Part shown: positions 1 through 13,957 of the stretch, in pieces
Layout: each line of letters starts with the position of its first letter
Numbering within the stretch: the first letter of the stretch is position 1
Assembly: GCF_009914755.1 (NCBI RefSeq)
Contig: NC_060941.1
Reading direction: 5' to 3' (one strand)
Length of the DNA: 64,000 bases
Source of the DNA: the human T2T-CHM13v2.0 reference genome, Homo sapiens
Program-made: the position numbers and the translations under genes
The notes under the pieces: model-generated
Database searches by the model: none
Seen by the model: the letters and a program-made list of their open reading frames with translations, nothing else
Told to the model about the DNA's origin: nothing

Positions 1-158
1 GTAGCTGGGACTATAGGTGCATGCCACCATGCCTGGCTAATTTTTTGTATTTTTAGTAGAGACAGGGTTTCACCTTGTTAGCCAGGATGGTCTCGATTTC
101 CTGACCTCGTGATCCACCCGCCTCGGCCTCCAAAAGTGCTGGGATTACAGGCATGAGA
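1..158 (-). mobile_element. Alu (partial, cut by the window edge)
   Basis: gtagctgggactatagg...caaaagtgctgggattacaggcatgag matches antisense Alu. Confidence 0.9.
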
Positions 159-1922
159 CACGTTGAGTTTTATGCTACCTGGTGGGTATCAAGGACAGGT
201 ATGACACCGTTCATGGTATACACAGATACAGACGGTACTGAGATTCCCATTTACCAACAGGCAATTTCCCAGGAATCAATTTAGCTCACTTATTCCTCTC
301 TCTCTAGGCTCACATCTGGGTCAGGCCTGAATCAGTCATTTTTCCACGATCAAATGCATGAGCGCCGTATTTTCATTTCTTTTAATTATAGTTTTATTCA
401 TCCAAGCTTTCCAGGCATTTCTCTTTTAGAGTAAAATACATTTTGCCTTATTATTTCAACTTCAAAGACTCAACCCACCCTTTTCCCTCCTATTGCTTTC
501 TTGTTCTTATACTGTATCATTTCCCCAGAGTTTAGAGGATGGCTTCCAGCTTTTTAGGCACGTGGACGAGGTCTATGAATATCCTGACAATTTGCTGTAA
601 AGGTTTGAAATCATAAGAAGGCTACACATCTATGGGTTCCCTTCACAACTTAGGCCAAGTTGGTTTTTATGTGTGCTTAGCTACAGAAAATGATCACCCA
701 CAAATCTAAACTATAAACAAAAATTATGCCGCAGGGTGGATGAAGTTTGGAATAAGTTTGATAAACATTCACCTCTTATAAATACTTGAGGAACCAACAT
801 CGATTTAAGAATGCTTATGGGTGCCAAAGGAAGAATGGTTAGCAAGATAATTTCTAATCTTCCATGTGCACCCCAAATAGCTCCTATCTTACCTAAAAAG
901 TTATTCCTAAATGGTGTTCCACTAACAAATTAAACAGCATGTGGGCTTTTAGAATTTGCTTGAATTTTAACTAACATCAAGAGGTTCAGTTCACATTCTA
1001 AGTTCACTCTAGTCAAGATAAAAAGTGGAACCTACACACACCAACGATTAGTCTTTGGAAATGAAGAATAAACACAAGAACTCCTCACCCTTGGTGATCT
1101 TTTTTGCTGGGCCCCTTGCCATGAGCACCTTCCATTTCTTTCCTCCTAGTTCTTTCTTCCTCATAAGGGAGAAAGCTCCTCTCTCTATATATATGTAGAG
1201 AGACAGGGCCCTTTTCAACTCTGAGCACTCTGACCTTCTGTTCTGAAATATGTGGGAGCTAAATAATAGAGAAGGCATGCAAATGATAGTCCCATTCTCT
1301 TAAGATGTAAATCTACAACCATAGCACCTGAGCCAAAAACAATTTAGATTGAACAAGCAGGATTCAAACATAACGAGCGTCGAAGTTAATCTGACACTAA
1401 TTTAATAGTATGCATAACTGTTATTCTGTTGCATGGCAATTAGGCTTAAGTGGTAAGCATTCGGGTAAATGACTTCAATTAGGATTACTTTCCATCTGTC
1501 AAGTCAAATATTTCTAAAGTCAACAGAGAAAGGGCAGTTGAAAAACAAGAGTTTGTATGTCATTTTCTTCCTTTTTCACTCCTTTTGTATTCTACCTACC
1601 AACACGCAAACACATGCATGTACACACAGAAACACACACACACTGTTGATGGGAGGAAACGGCCGATTCTCTAGTTAGTCATTTCCTCACAACCTTCCCT
1701 TTGATGGTGAACCCCATGATGACGTGTTTTGATTTTAGCAAAACATACCATTCTCCCTTAAGCTGTGGTGTGTCTAGTATGTAGCCCTCCAAGCACACAG
1801 AAGCAAGAAAACCTGAGCTTGAGGATGAGAGTGAGTATAATAAAGTGGGGTTGGAGGAGAAAATGAGAGGGTCCTTGAACACTAGGGCTATGAGTGCCCT
1901 TGACCATAAAAAAGCCATCTGC

Positions 1923-2174
1923 AGCCGAGCGGGATGGCTCATGCCTATGGTCCCAGCACTTTGGGAGGCTGAGGCAGGTGGATCATGAGGTCAGGAGATG
2001 GAGACCATCCTGGCCAACATAGTGAAACCCTGTATCTACTAAAATACAAAAAATTAGCCAGTCTTGGTGGTGTGTGCCTGTAGTCCTAGCTACTCAGGAG
2101 GCTGAGGCAGGGGAATCACTTGAACCCGGGAGGCGGAGATTGCAGTAAGCCAAAAAAAAAAAAAAAAAAAAAAA
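1923..2174 (+). mobile_element. Alu with a shortened right arm
   Basis: Alu consensus up to ...tgcagtaagcc, then directly poly(A). TSD aaaaaagccatctgc on both sides. Confidence 0.9.
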
Positions 2175-2669
2175 GCCATCTGCCTACATGGGTTCCTTTG
2201 CATGTAGGGTCTTATGTTGGGGAAAACACTATGCAGGAACGCATGCTTTGCTGTATGGCAGCCTAAAGTCTGTCCAGACTTACGAGGATTAGAAGCAGTT
2301 TCAGGTGCTTGCATGCCATAAACACTGGAGAGAAGAGGATGAGGAAATGTGAACTAAAAAGCTAGAAATGGTGCTCATAGGTGTCGAGTGCAAGCCCAGA
2401 GACTGCCCCAGGATGCAGAAGGGAGTGGCCCAGGGAAGGGCAAAGGCAGAACTGGAAGATCAGGGACAGCTTGGAGAGGAACTCATGAAGATGAGGAGCC
2501 AGATTCAAGGCACACAGTGAAGGAAAGTGACCACGATTATCTATCAAGGGCTTTGCAGCCAGTCTTCATGGCCACTCACAGTGGTTCACCAGCATGAAGT
2601 GCTGTTGCCTGAAGCTGATGCAGGCACCAGTGTGAGCTTCACCATGAATGATGACACCATCCTGGCAAA

Positions 2670-2810
2670 TGGAAATCACCTGTGGAGTGCATCTGGGTCC
2701 CGCCCCCAGTGGTTCTGATTTAGTTGGTCTATAGAGCAGTCTGGGCATGGGGATCTTACAAAGCTTTCAGAAGATCATGACATGCAGCCCAGGCTGATAG
2801 CCACTGCCCC
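2670..2810. mobile_element. MER5-type hAT-Charlie DNA transposon fossil
   Basis: aatcacctg...cccgcccccag...ttctgatttagttggtct...gcagcccaggctga...ccactg resembles the MER5A/B consensus. Confidence 0.55.
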
Positions 2811-2884
2811 AGAGTGATCAATGGAGGGAGGGTCAAGGTTGGGCTCCTGAGTCCCAGCTCTCCCACTTAAAGATCACCTACCAA

Positions 2885-3190
2885 GCCAGGCTTGGTGGCT
2901 TGTGCCTGTAATCCCAGCACTTTTGGAGGCCAAGGCGGGTGGATCACGAGGTCAGGAGTTCAAGACCAGCCTGGCCGACATGGTGAAACCCCGTCTCTAC
3001 TAAAAACACAAAAATTAGCCAGGCATGGTGGCAGGTGTCTGTATTCCCAGCTACTTGGGAGGCTGAGGCAGAGAATTGCTTGAACCCGGGAGGCAGAGTT
3101 TGCAGTGAGCCGAGATCACGCCACTGCACTCCAGCCTGGGCAACAGAGCGAGACTCTGTCTCAAAAAAAAAAATAAAAATAAAAAATAAA
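2885..3190 (+). mobile_element. Alu (S-type)
   Basis: Full dimeric Alu with A-tail; flanks share atcaccta. Confidence 0.92.
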
Positions 3191-3634
3191 TTTAAGAAAT
3201 CACCTATCACTAGGTTCCTGGCAAGGCCCTTGGCTTTCCGGCTTCTGCTGTAATATGACAGTGCTCTTTTGTGTCAAATGGTCTTCAGAACCAACAGCTA
3301 GATGAAGGGCAGAGTCTAAAGGGGCTTGGATAAGGGGGTATTCCCTTCTAGACCTGAGTGGAGAACATCCAAGCATAATGTTCTTGAATTGCCCTTCTTC
3401 CAATGCCCACTCCACCCCAGTCTGTCCTGAGTGTGTTTTTTTTTTTTTCCCAAAAGAAAATCCTGGGAAGAAAAGACATTATTTGCTTTCGTGAAAAGAA
3501 TGTTTTTGGTGAAAGCCACTGCTCTTTCCTAAAACACCAAGCATTTAAATATTTCAGCTGGTTGCTACCTTAGAGATGCTAGGAGATGGGCCCCTGCGTG
3601 CCATACTTACAAAGGAACACACTGTGTTTTGTAG

Positions 3635-4505
3635 GTTTGATAGCATCCACCCTCATCAAATGCTGGATGCCAGGCACATCGAGATCCAGCAGATGGAATC
3701 CACTATGGCCTCCATTTCTGAGTCTGCCAGCTTATTTGAAGTCAATGTCCCTGACTATAAGCAGCTGAGGCAGTGCAGGAAGGAGGTCTGCCAGCTGAAG
3801 GAGCTCTGGGACACCATTGGAATGGTGACCTCCAGCATCCATGCCTGGGAGACCACACCCTGGAGGAATATCAACGTGGAAGCCATGGAGTTGGAGTGCA
3901 AACAGTTTGCCCGGCATATCCGAAACCTGGACAAGGAGGTCAGGGCCTGGGATGCATTCACAGGCCTGGAAAGCACTGTGTGGAACACGCTGAGCTCCCT
4001 GAGGGCAGTAGCTGAGCTGCAGAATCCAGCCATCCGGGAGCGGCACTGGAGGCAGCTGATGCAGGCCACCGGTGTGAGCTTCACTATGGACCAGGACACC
4101 ACCCTAGCGCACCTGCTGCAGCTCCAGCTGCACCACTATGAGGATGAGGTCCGGGGCATTGTGGACAAAGCTGCAAAAGAGATGGGTATGGAGAAAACCT
4201 TAAAGGAGCTGCAGACTACCTGGGCTGGCATGGAATTCCAGTATGAGCCCCACCCACGGACCAATGTCCCCCTCCTGTGCTCTGATGAGGACCTCATAGA
4301 GGTTCTGGAGGATAATCAAGTTCAACTTCAGAACCTGGTGATGTCCAAGTATGTTGCTTTCTTCTTGGAGGAGGTGTCGGGCTGGCAGAAGAAGCTGTCC
4401 ACAGTGGACGCTGTCATCTCTATCTGGTTTGAAGTGCAGCGAACATGGACTCACCTGGAAAGCATATTCACTGGATCTGAAGATATTCGGGCACAGCTAC
4501 CCCAG
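3635..4505 (+). CDS. DNAH9: Dynein axonemal heavy chain 9, internal coding exon (871 nt; stem/linker region)
   Basis: Acceptor ttttgtag|G at 3634/3635, donor CAG|gtacct at 4505/4506. Encodes FDSIHPHQ...LQNPAIRERHWRQLMQATG...WFEVQRTWTHLESIFTGSEDIRAQLPQ, a typical dynein heavy chain linker. Phase 2 in, phase 0 out. Confidence 0.95.
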
Positions 4506-5842
4506 GTACCTGCTAAGGAAATCTAGAATCTCTCTATTCTCTGATCCAGGGTGAAGGGAAGGTCACCCAGTTACTGCATTGTCTAGGCTCTTTCCTTTTC
4601 TGCCTCCTTGCTTTGACTTTACTTAAAGGCACTTCCCACAGATGCTCACCTTACCTGCCACCAAAAGTTAGGCAGAGGAAAAGAGGGACAGTGAAATGCA
4701 CACCAATCAGTTTGTCCTTCAATGGGTAGGAAAAAGAAAAGAAAACCTCATTCAGAAAAAAAAAATGTATATATAAGAAAGATTAAAAAAAAATACTGGC
4801 TACTGCAGTTTGGAATGAGGTCCTCACAGGTTGCTTCTTGGATCGTTAAAATTCAAGTGTCCACTGAAAGCGAGTCTCGTTTCCAGGCAAATTCAAGTTC
4901 CTTCTCAGCAGCATGCCATTCTATAAACCGCTGACCTGTGCCAGCGCTCCAACTACCAGCTGTCAGCTAAACACCAAACAATGGATTCCCCTAAAATATG
5001 TGTTCTTCTCATTATTACCTTCCCTGTGTTTGATTGCCCCTTCTAATTAGTTCTAATTAATGTGCCATTAACTTACCCCTCTCTCAGTGGACTCTGATTC
5101 ATTTTTAAATTTTTTCTTTAGGCTTCCTCTATATTCTTTCAGTACAGCAAGTTCTTTGCTTACAAATTAGCTTGATTCCAAAATGTCACGGGCTGTCCAG
5201 GCTTTGGTTAGAAATTAAAGCACGTTCTGCCCAAACATAGTTTTCCTGCTAATCCCAAAAAGCATATTTAGTGTAATACTATAGATTAAAGGTTGTATAT
5301 TTGCAGTGAAAAGTAATAGAAAACAATTCTGTATGGCAGTTGTCATTAAGTCAAATTGAATAAGCCAGATTTTATTCATCTCAAATGCCAGTGATTGAAG
5401 CAGACAAGGCTTAATTAAAAGGGGGCCGGGACAGAGGTGGAGATTCTTGCAGAAACTTTAAGGGAGATGTTTGAGAACTTTTAATTAAAAATATTGAAGA
5501 GTTAGTATCATTAACCTCTACACAGTGCCACAGGTTTGTGTATAAAATATGTAAACACATTTACTTTCCCTGTAATAACAATGAAACAGAAACAATTTGA
5601 AAACGTAATAAAATCAGCCAGGCTCTAACACCCTAACTGGTAACTATATTCATTCATTATGAATTTCTCCCAACTTTGGTTCATGTATATACATATTTTT
5701 ACATAATTGCTCTCAGTGTAATTATAATTTTCTATTCAACTTTTTTCATTTGAACATTTATGCCAGATATTTCAGATACTTCTGCAACCTTGATACTTTT
5801 TTATTTTTAATTGGAGCAAAATATCCCATTGAGGAATCATAA

Positions 5843-6168
<326 letters not shown>

Positions 6169-6992
6169 CTACCCTCTTGTTTTTAGGTCTTCTTGGGCAA
6201 GGGGCAGGATCACAGAGGGAAGGAATGGCAGGCCTGGGCTTGAGTCCTCATTCTCTCACTTGCAGCTGTTGGGACCTTGGGCAGGACACTTAACCTCTCA
6301 ATGCCTTGGTTTCCCTGTGTGTAAACTGGGACTAATACTAGTATCTATTCCAGAGTCTTCATTAAAACAATTCACATGGCACATACCATTATGATTGTTG
6401 TTATGTAATAATAATACCACAAGCTCTACCACCTCACCAGGTGCCATGTATTTGGCTGAAGCTAATTGCATATATTAGTCTGTCAATCATTTCAATGATA
6501 CTGTGAGTGTGTATGTCTGGGAAAAATGTTGACAACGGATTACTTTTGACATCAAAGGAGTATATTTGCTGAGGGAAAATTCATTTTGGTTATATAAACT
6601 TTTGCAGGGGTCCAGAAAGAACGTTAGATCCACTATCTACTTACGAATCAAGTGTTGTATACCTGGGGCTTGGGATGGTCTCTGAGACCTCTTCAGGGAG
6701 TCCTCAAGGTCAAAATTATCTTAATAATCACATTAAGATGTTATCCGCCTTTTTTTTTTCTCTCATTCTTCCATGAGTGTACAGTGGGGTTCTCCAGAGG
6801 TCAGATGACATGTGATATCATAATAAATTGATACAGAAGCAGTTTTCTGTTAAGTCAGATATTGTAGAGATTTGACAAAAAGTGAAATGATGCCCCATTT
6901 TCAACTGTTATTTTTGGTTTTGGAAAATATACTTAAGTATTTTATTTATGCTGACATAATGGGTTTATTATTGTTACTTTTGTTATTGTCGT

Positions 6993-7279
6993 TGAGATGG
7001 AGTCTCGCTTTGTCACCCAGGCTGGAGTGCAGTGGCACGGTCTCGGCTCAATACAACCTCCGCCTCCCGGTTTCGAGCGATTCTCCTGCCTCAGCCTCCT
7101 GAGTAGCTGAGATGACAGGCACACACCACCATGACCGGCTTTTTTTTTTTTTTTTGTATCTTTAGTAGAGACGGGGTTTCACCATGTTGGTCAGGCTGGT
7201 CTCAAACTCCTGACCTTGTGATCCACCCGCCTCTGCCTCCCAAAGTGCTGGGATTACAGGTGTGAGCCACCGCGCCCAG
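6993..7279 (-). mobile_element. Alu
   Basis: Antisense Alu consensus gagatggagtctcgct...gagccaccgcgcccagc. Confidence 0.9.
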
Positions 7280-7306
7280 CTTATTATTGCTACTTTTAAA
7301 ATGCCC

Positions 7307-7626
7307 TTTTTTTTTTTTTTTTTTTTTTTGAGACAAAGTCTCCCTCTGTCGTCCAGGCTGGAGTACAGTGGCACGATCTTGGCTCTCTGCAACCGCAACC
7401 TCCACCCTCCAGGTTCAAGCGATTGTCATGCCTCAGCCTCCCGAGTAGTAGCTGAGATTACAGGCCTGCACCACCAAGCCCAGCCCAGCTAATTTTTCTA
7501 TTTTTAGTTGAGACAGGGTTTCACCATGTTGGCCAGGCTGGTCTCGAACTCCTGGCCTCAAACCATCCGCCCGCGTCAGCCTCCGAAAGTGCTGGGATTA
7601 CAGGTGTGAGCCACGGCGCCTGGTCT
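7307..7626 (-). mobile_element. Alu
   Basis: Poly(T) followed by antisense Alu consensus. Confidence 0.9.
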
Positions 7627-7934
7627 AAATGCATTAATGAATATTTTAGAAATTTCTTTTTAAAAAAGCTTTAGCCTCTGGTACAGAAAATATTGAAAGA
7701 TATGATAGATAGTACCTACATAAACAAAAGCTCTTTGGACTCCTAAACAATTTTTGAAAATGTAAATGGGTTCTAAGCTGAATGCAGCTTAAACTAAGGG
7801 TGTTTCCTTCGTTGAGTCTATTCTCTGTATTTGACAACCCAGGAACAAGTTTCTGCTTCTAACTGGCTCCATGGAGGGAGCTTCTAGGAACTGAGTGGAG
7901 TGGTGGTTAATTGCTTCCACATTTTTATTTGCAG

Positions 7935-8065
7935 GATTCTAAAAGGTTTGAAGGCATCGACATTGACTTTAAAGAGCTAGCTTATGATGCCCAGAAAATT
8001 CCAAATGTAGTGCAAACCACCAACAAGCCAGGCCTGTATGAAAAGCTGGAGGATATTCAGGGCAG
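7935..8065 (+). CDS. DNAH9: DNAH9 coding exon (131 nt)
   Basis: tttgcag|GAT ... GGCAG|gtgagg. Encodes DSKRFEGIDIDFKELAYDAQKIPNVVQTTNKPGLYEKLEDIQG(R). Phase 0 to 2. Confidence 0.95.
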
Positions 8066-8387
8066 GTGAGGGTCCGCCCATTACCCCTTCTCTAATAAGA
8101 AGGCATCATTTCCTTTTCCCCATCGTCTCTGAGACCAGTGGGCAGAAGTGAGTATGGGTGCCTTGCATGTCCCTTTCTTTGCCTGTGTGTTTGGGTAGCA
8201 TGGGGCATTATTAGAGGTGTTGACGCCAAGGTAGACACATCCATGTATATCTTTGCAAATATCTCTAAGTGTTTCTTGTGCTAATGCATATGTTCCGTCT
8301 ATTGCATATACATACATTTAAGTAATGTATGTGTATCCATGGGTCTAGACATTCTTAACTGGGAAATTCTATGTTCTGTGCCCTCAG

Positions 8388-8514
8388 ATTGTGCCTGTGT
8401 GAGAAGGCCCTGGCAGAGTACCTCGACACCAAGAGGCTTGCCTTCCCGCGGTTTTACTTTCTCTCCTCCTCCGATCTGTTAGACATCCTTTCCAACGGCA
8501 CAGCTCCACAACAG
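8388..8514 (+). CDS. DNAH9: DNAH9 coding exon (127 nt)
   Basis: ccctcag|A ... CAG|gtaagc. Encodes [42 protein letters not shown], with the conserved FPRFYFLS linker motif. Confidence 0.96.
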
Positions 8515-8669
8515 GTAAGCTGGAGGAGCATCTGCAGAAAGGTCTAGGAGGGCTGAGGGGTGCCCAGCAGGAGGCAGTTTCTGGCTCCCCATCATGCCTC
8601 TTCTCTCTGGCAGGTTCTGTACTTCAGACCTGTCTGTGTTGCCCCCAGCATCATCACATACCTCGGAGC

Positions 8670-9258
<589 letters not shown>

Positions 9259-9715
9259 ACCTCGGAGCTTTCTTAATCCCCATCAGTATTGCTGCTCAGC
9301 ATGCCCTCTGGCCCATCAGAGGCTAATCTCTAACAAAGAACTGAGAAACTTTGAGGATGGCAAAGGTGGAAGGAGTTGAGGCTTGGCAGAGAATGCCTTC
9401 AATCTGATTCTGAAGAAAGATCCAGGAAATACTGGCCAAACTCGATAGCTAAAATTTCTATAGGGAGATAAGATTGGAAGTTATGTTAACTGAATATGGA
9501 GGTAAGGCTTATTGGCAAAAGCATATATGAGAAGCCCAAAATGTGGGGTTCTGGCTTCTGGTTCTAGACAGTTACTAGCCATAGAGTCTTGGACATGTGA
9601 CTTCTTAGCAACAAACTTTCCTTATCTGTAAAACAGAAGAAACCTGCTGTGTTCGAAGGTTTTTTGAGTATTAAAGTAACTAATTGAAGCAGTGTTGGTA
9701 TTTGGAGCTACAGAC

Positions 9716-9896
9716 ACTGGTTCTGAAATTTGGGAGTGCATCAGAATCACTTGGAAGGCTTGTCGAAGTACAGATTCCTCGGTCCCACTCCCACTGTTTC
9801 TGATTCACTACGTCTGGGTAGAGCTGGAGAATTTGCATTTCTAAGAATTTTCCCAATATGCTGCTGGTCTAGGGACTACACTATGAGAACTTCTGC
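9716..9896. mobile_element. MER5A-like DNA transposon fossil
   Basis: gtgcatcagaatcacttggaaggcttg...cagattcctcggtcccactcc...gaatttgcatttctaa...ctatgagaac. Confidence 0.7.
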
Positions 9897-10949
9897 TCTC
9901 AACATTGTCTGGGTCTCAAAATGCTTGGATGAGTTCTTTTTCCTCATGTGATTTTGTTATTCATTTAAAGAATAGTTGGGCTCATTTGCTTCTTTTTGCT
10001 TTCAGTTTTAGGGTTTTTCCCATACATGTTTATTTGATTGTTTGAATATGTATGACACTGATAGGATTCCAAAAGTCAAACTATGCAAAAAGATATGTAT
10101 ATACTCAGAGATGTATCCTTGCCTCCTCTGTTCCTTTCATGCCATAACCACGTCTGTTCCACCCACTATAGGTAACCAATTTCATTAATTTCTGGGTTAG
10201 CTTTCCTATGTCTATCTTTACAAAAATAAGCAAATGCACATTTACATTCATGCATGTACAGTTTCTAATTTCCCCTTCTTTCATACACAAAAGGTAGCAT
10301 GCTACGCCTACCTGTTTGCACTTTGCTTTTTTCTACTTAGCTACATAGCTTGGAAATCACTCCATATCAAGTCAAAGATATCTCCCTCATTTTTTAATAT
10401 TTGCATCATACTCCATGGATTGATATACCACAGTTTGGCCATAGGTTATTTATTATATTTTGTAATTACAAAGAATGTGGCATTGAATAACCTTGGACTT
10501 TGTATTGTTGGCCATCTGTCTTCCAGGTAAACTCCTAAAAGTGAGATTCCCGGCTCAAAGGGTGGATACATATGTAGTCTTGTTAGATATTGCCAAGTTT
10601 CCACCCTTTTGCTTCACCACAAGCAGCAGACAAGAGCTTCTCAAACAGAGCCAAAGGATGAAAACATGCATAAGTTGTTTTGTCTTTGACCTACCCTTTC
10701 TAACTTAGTGAAATTAGGTTTTGATTTGTTGATAAGAAGCAAGTACTAAAGAGAGATTATCCCTGATAGTTATAGCAGTTCTTTTTTTCCTATAGATGAA
10801 AATATTTCCAAAGTAGTCCAGGTGTGGTGGTGTTGAAATATTTATTATTAATGCATTAGCATTCTGTATTATAACTGTATTTTTATTCATTCTGTGTTCA
10901 GATCACTGCCAGATTTTTTTATATCTCATTCTTTTTAAAAATTAATTAA

Positions 10950-11226
<277 letters not shown>

Positions 11227-12065
11227 CTCATTCTTAAATATTTATTTTGATTCATTTCTTATTTGAGTACATTTTTGAGTATTCCCCACACCCTAAGAGG
11301 TGAAGCATGGTGGAATACATCCTAATTCCTTCTATATCTGTGACTCTGTCATTTCACATGTGAGCAAGTGAATGGTTAGGGTTAGAATTCATGAGTCACA
11401 GTGATCACCTCTCAATCCATGCAGATATCACTCTGCTGTTTGTTGTTACAAAGAAGTCATCTGAGGCCTGCCTGCTTTAAAAAAAATTTCTAGATAGCCT
11501 AATTTCTTTCTATCTAGGTCCCTATAGAGAATAAAATTTAAATTAATTTCTAAAAATTTGTATGCTTATATACTTGTTTTGTTAATTTATCCCTAAAACA
11601 TGATGAGATTTTGTCCTATCTGAAAACGAGTGCTTTTATGATCTTGAAAAAGTCTTCTTCTAGCATGTTTTTAAATAATACATCTATCCCATTTATCTGT
11701 ATATTTTTTCATTCAGGTTTATCATACTTCCGTAAGCTGAGATTCCACTTTATACATGCTATATACATTACCTTCTCTTTCATCGTATTTTTATCTCTTA
11801 GTCCTCTTCCTTGGCATTTATCAGTAAGTTTCTCAAGCTCTTCCACCATATTTAATTTTTTGTGTCAATTCTGCACTTTAGTGTTGCTAATACTGCTGTA
11901 AACTGTACTCTGTCATTGTTAGTCTCCTTACTTTATTTCTCTACCTCTGCCAACTCATCTTTCACCACGTTTTATAGACTTCATGTTTCTTTAATGTAAT
12001 TGAAAGAAAAACAAGGTGATGGTTCACAAATTGATTTGTTTCCATTATTAAAGGTTTAAAAAATG

Positions 12066-12480
12066 TTATATACAATTTTATGTAAAGTTATATATAATTA
12101 TGTATAAAGGTTAAAAAAATTATATATAAAATTATATATAATGTTACTTTATAACATATATAGTATATATACCTATATAAAATTTAGCTATATATAATAT
12201 ATAATTATATATTAGTATTATATTATTAATATATTATTATATTAATATAATTATTATTATATTAATATAATAATATATTAATAATATAATTATATTAATA
12301 TAATAGCAATATATTATATAATATATTAATATATAATAATTATATAATATATTATATATTAATAATTATATATTAGATTAGATAGAAAATAATAATATAT
12401 TAATATTCTATATTATACATACTAATTATATATTATATATAAAATAACATAGATACATTATATATTTTATATATATATAT
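12066..12480. repeat. AT-rich (TA/TAA)n low-complexity tract
   Basis: About 400 bp of almost only A/T with repeated tatattaatataat units. Confidence 0.95.
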
Positions 12481-13042
12481 GCTCTTCTTTGCCCTCTTGA
12501 GTCCTGTTTTCTCCTTTTAAATTTTGGGATATTTTCATAGGTTCTATATTGTTGTTATTTTTAATTTGCATTTGTTTTTCAATAAAGAAAGGTCTATCTT
12601 GGTATTTGTACCCAAATCAGTGTGGGTGGTGTTTCCATGGGTACCTTGACAGTTTACCTAAACACTCTTAGATTTGTCCTCTCATCTCATAAGCTGGAGA
12701 GCTGGTTGTTCTAAATTTAGCATTAAAAGTCAGGATACCAGCAGCTGGAGGGCCCTTTGTAATTATTCAAGAAGCTCTACCAGGGGGCAGGTTCTGTTTA
12801 TTCTTTTTCCTTCAGTCTGCCATTTTCTTCACCTCAGGACCACAACATAGCTCTGTCCAGCATCCCTCCTAGCACTACAGCCCCAGGCAATCACTGTAGA
12901 GGACCTTACTCCTCAGATGCCATGGCTGGGAGCAGCCCGGCACAGCCAGACTTTATGCTTGCCATGAGCATGCCTGCACTGCTTGGAACCCTTCTGATGT
13001 GTGTTTGTTGAACTGAAGAGGTTTCAAGAATGGGGTGGCTAT

Positions 13043-13408
<366 letters not shown>

Positions 13409-13804
13409 TTAGCATTCTTCTACTAGATGGTCCTTTGCTCATGTCCTGTACCATGGTAGTGTTTTCTTAGGAAGAAGGTTTACAACTGGACCATCATATT
13501 TTTCTCCAATCTAGTCCTATCTATAGTAGACCAATCCAAATTTAGTCAAACCATTGTGACTTAGTTGGTTTATAGCTAGTGCACAACTCTCACTAGTTTT
13601 ATTCAGTCTTCCTTTGGCCACTTCTACGGATTCATTTTATTCCTGTCCTCACATCAGCATTGTTCCCACAAACTTCCTTCTAAATGCTTGGTATCCACCA
13701 CTCTGTCTTTCACAATGATTGCCACATGGTAGGCCTCTAAACAATTCTAATAAGCAGCTTCCCGAACATGTTTTATGATCCATTGGCCTGGTTTCCCTTC
13801 ATAG

Positions 13805-13957
13805 GTTCAACGTCACCTTTCCAAACTCTTTGACAACATGGCCAAGATGCGATTCCAGCTAGATGCCAGTGGGGAACCAACCAAGACAAGCCTCGGCATG
13901 TACAGCAAAGAAGAGGAGTATGTGGCTTTCAGTGAGCCCTGTGACTGCAGCGGGCAG
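13805..13957 (+). CDS. DNAH9: DNAH9 coding exon (153 nt)
   Basis: cttcatag|GTT ... CAG|gtaaca. Encodes VQRHLSKLFDNMAKMRFQLDASGEPTKTSLGMYSKEEEYVAFSEPCDCSGQ. Phase 0-0. Confidence 0.95.

Noticed and set aside
2403-2423. ctgccccaggatgcagaaggg (LPQDAEG) resembles the spliced junction ctaccccag|gattctaaaagg (LPQDSKR)
   Set aside because: Only 16 of 21 matches and out of order relative to the 2613-2666 fossil. Too short to separate from chance without a formal alignment.
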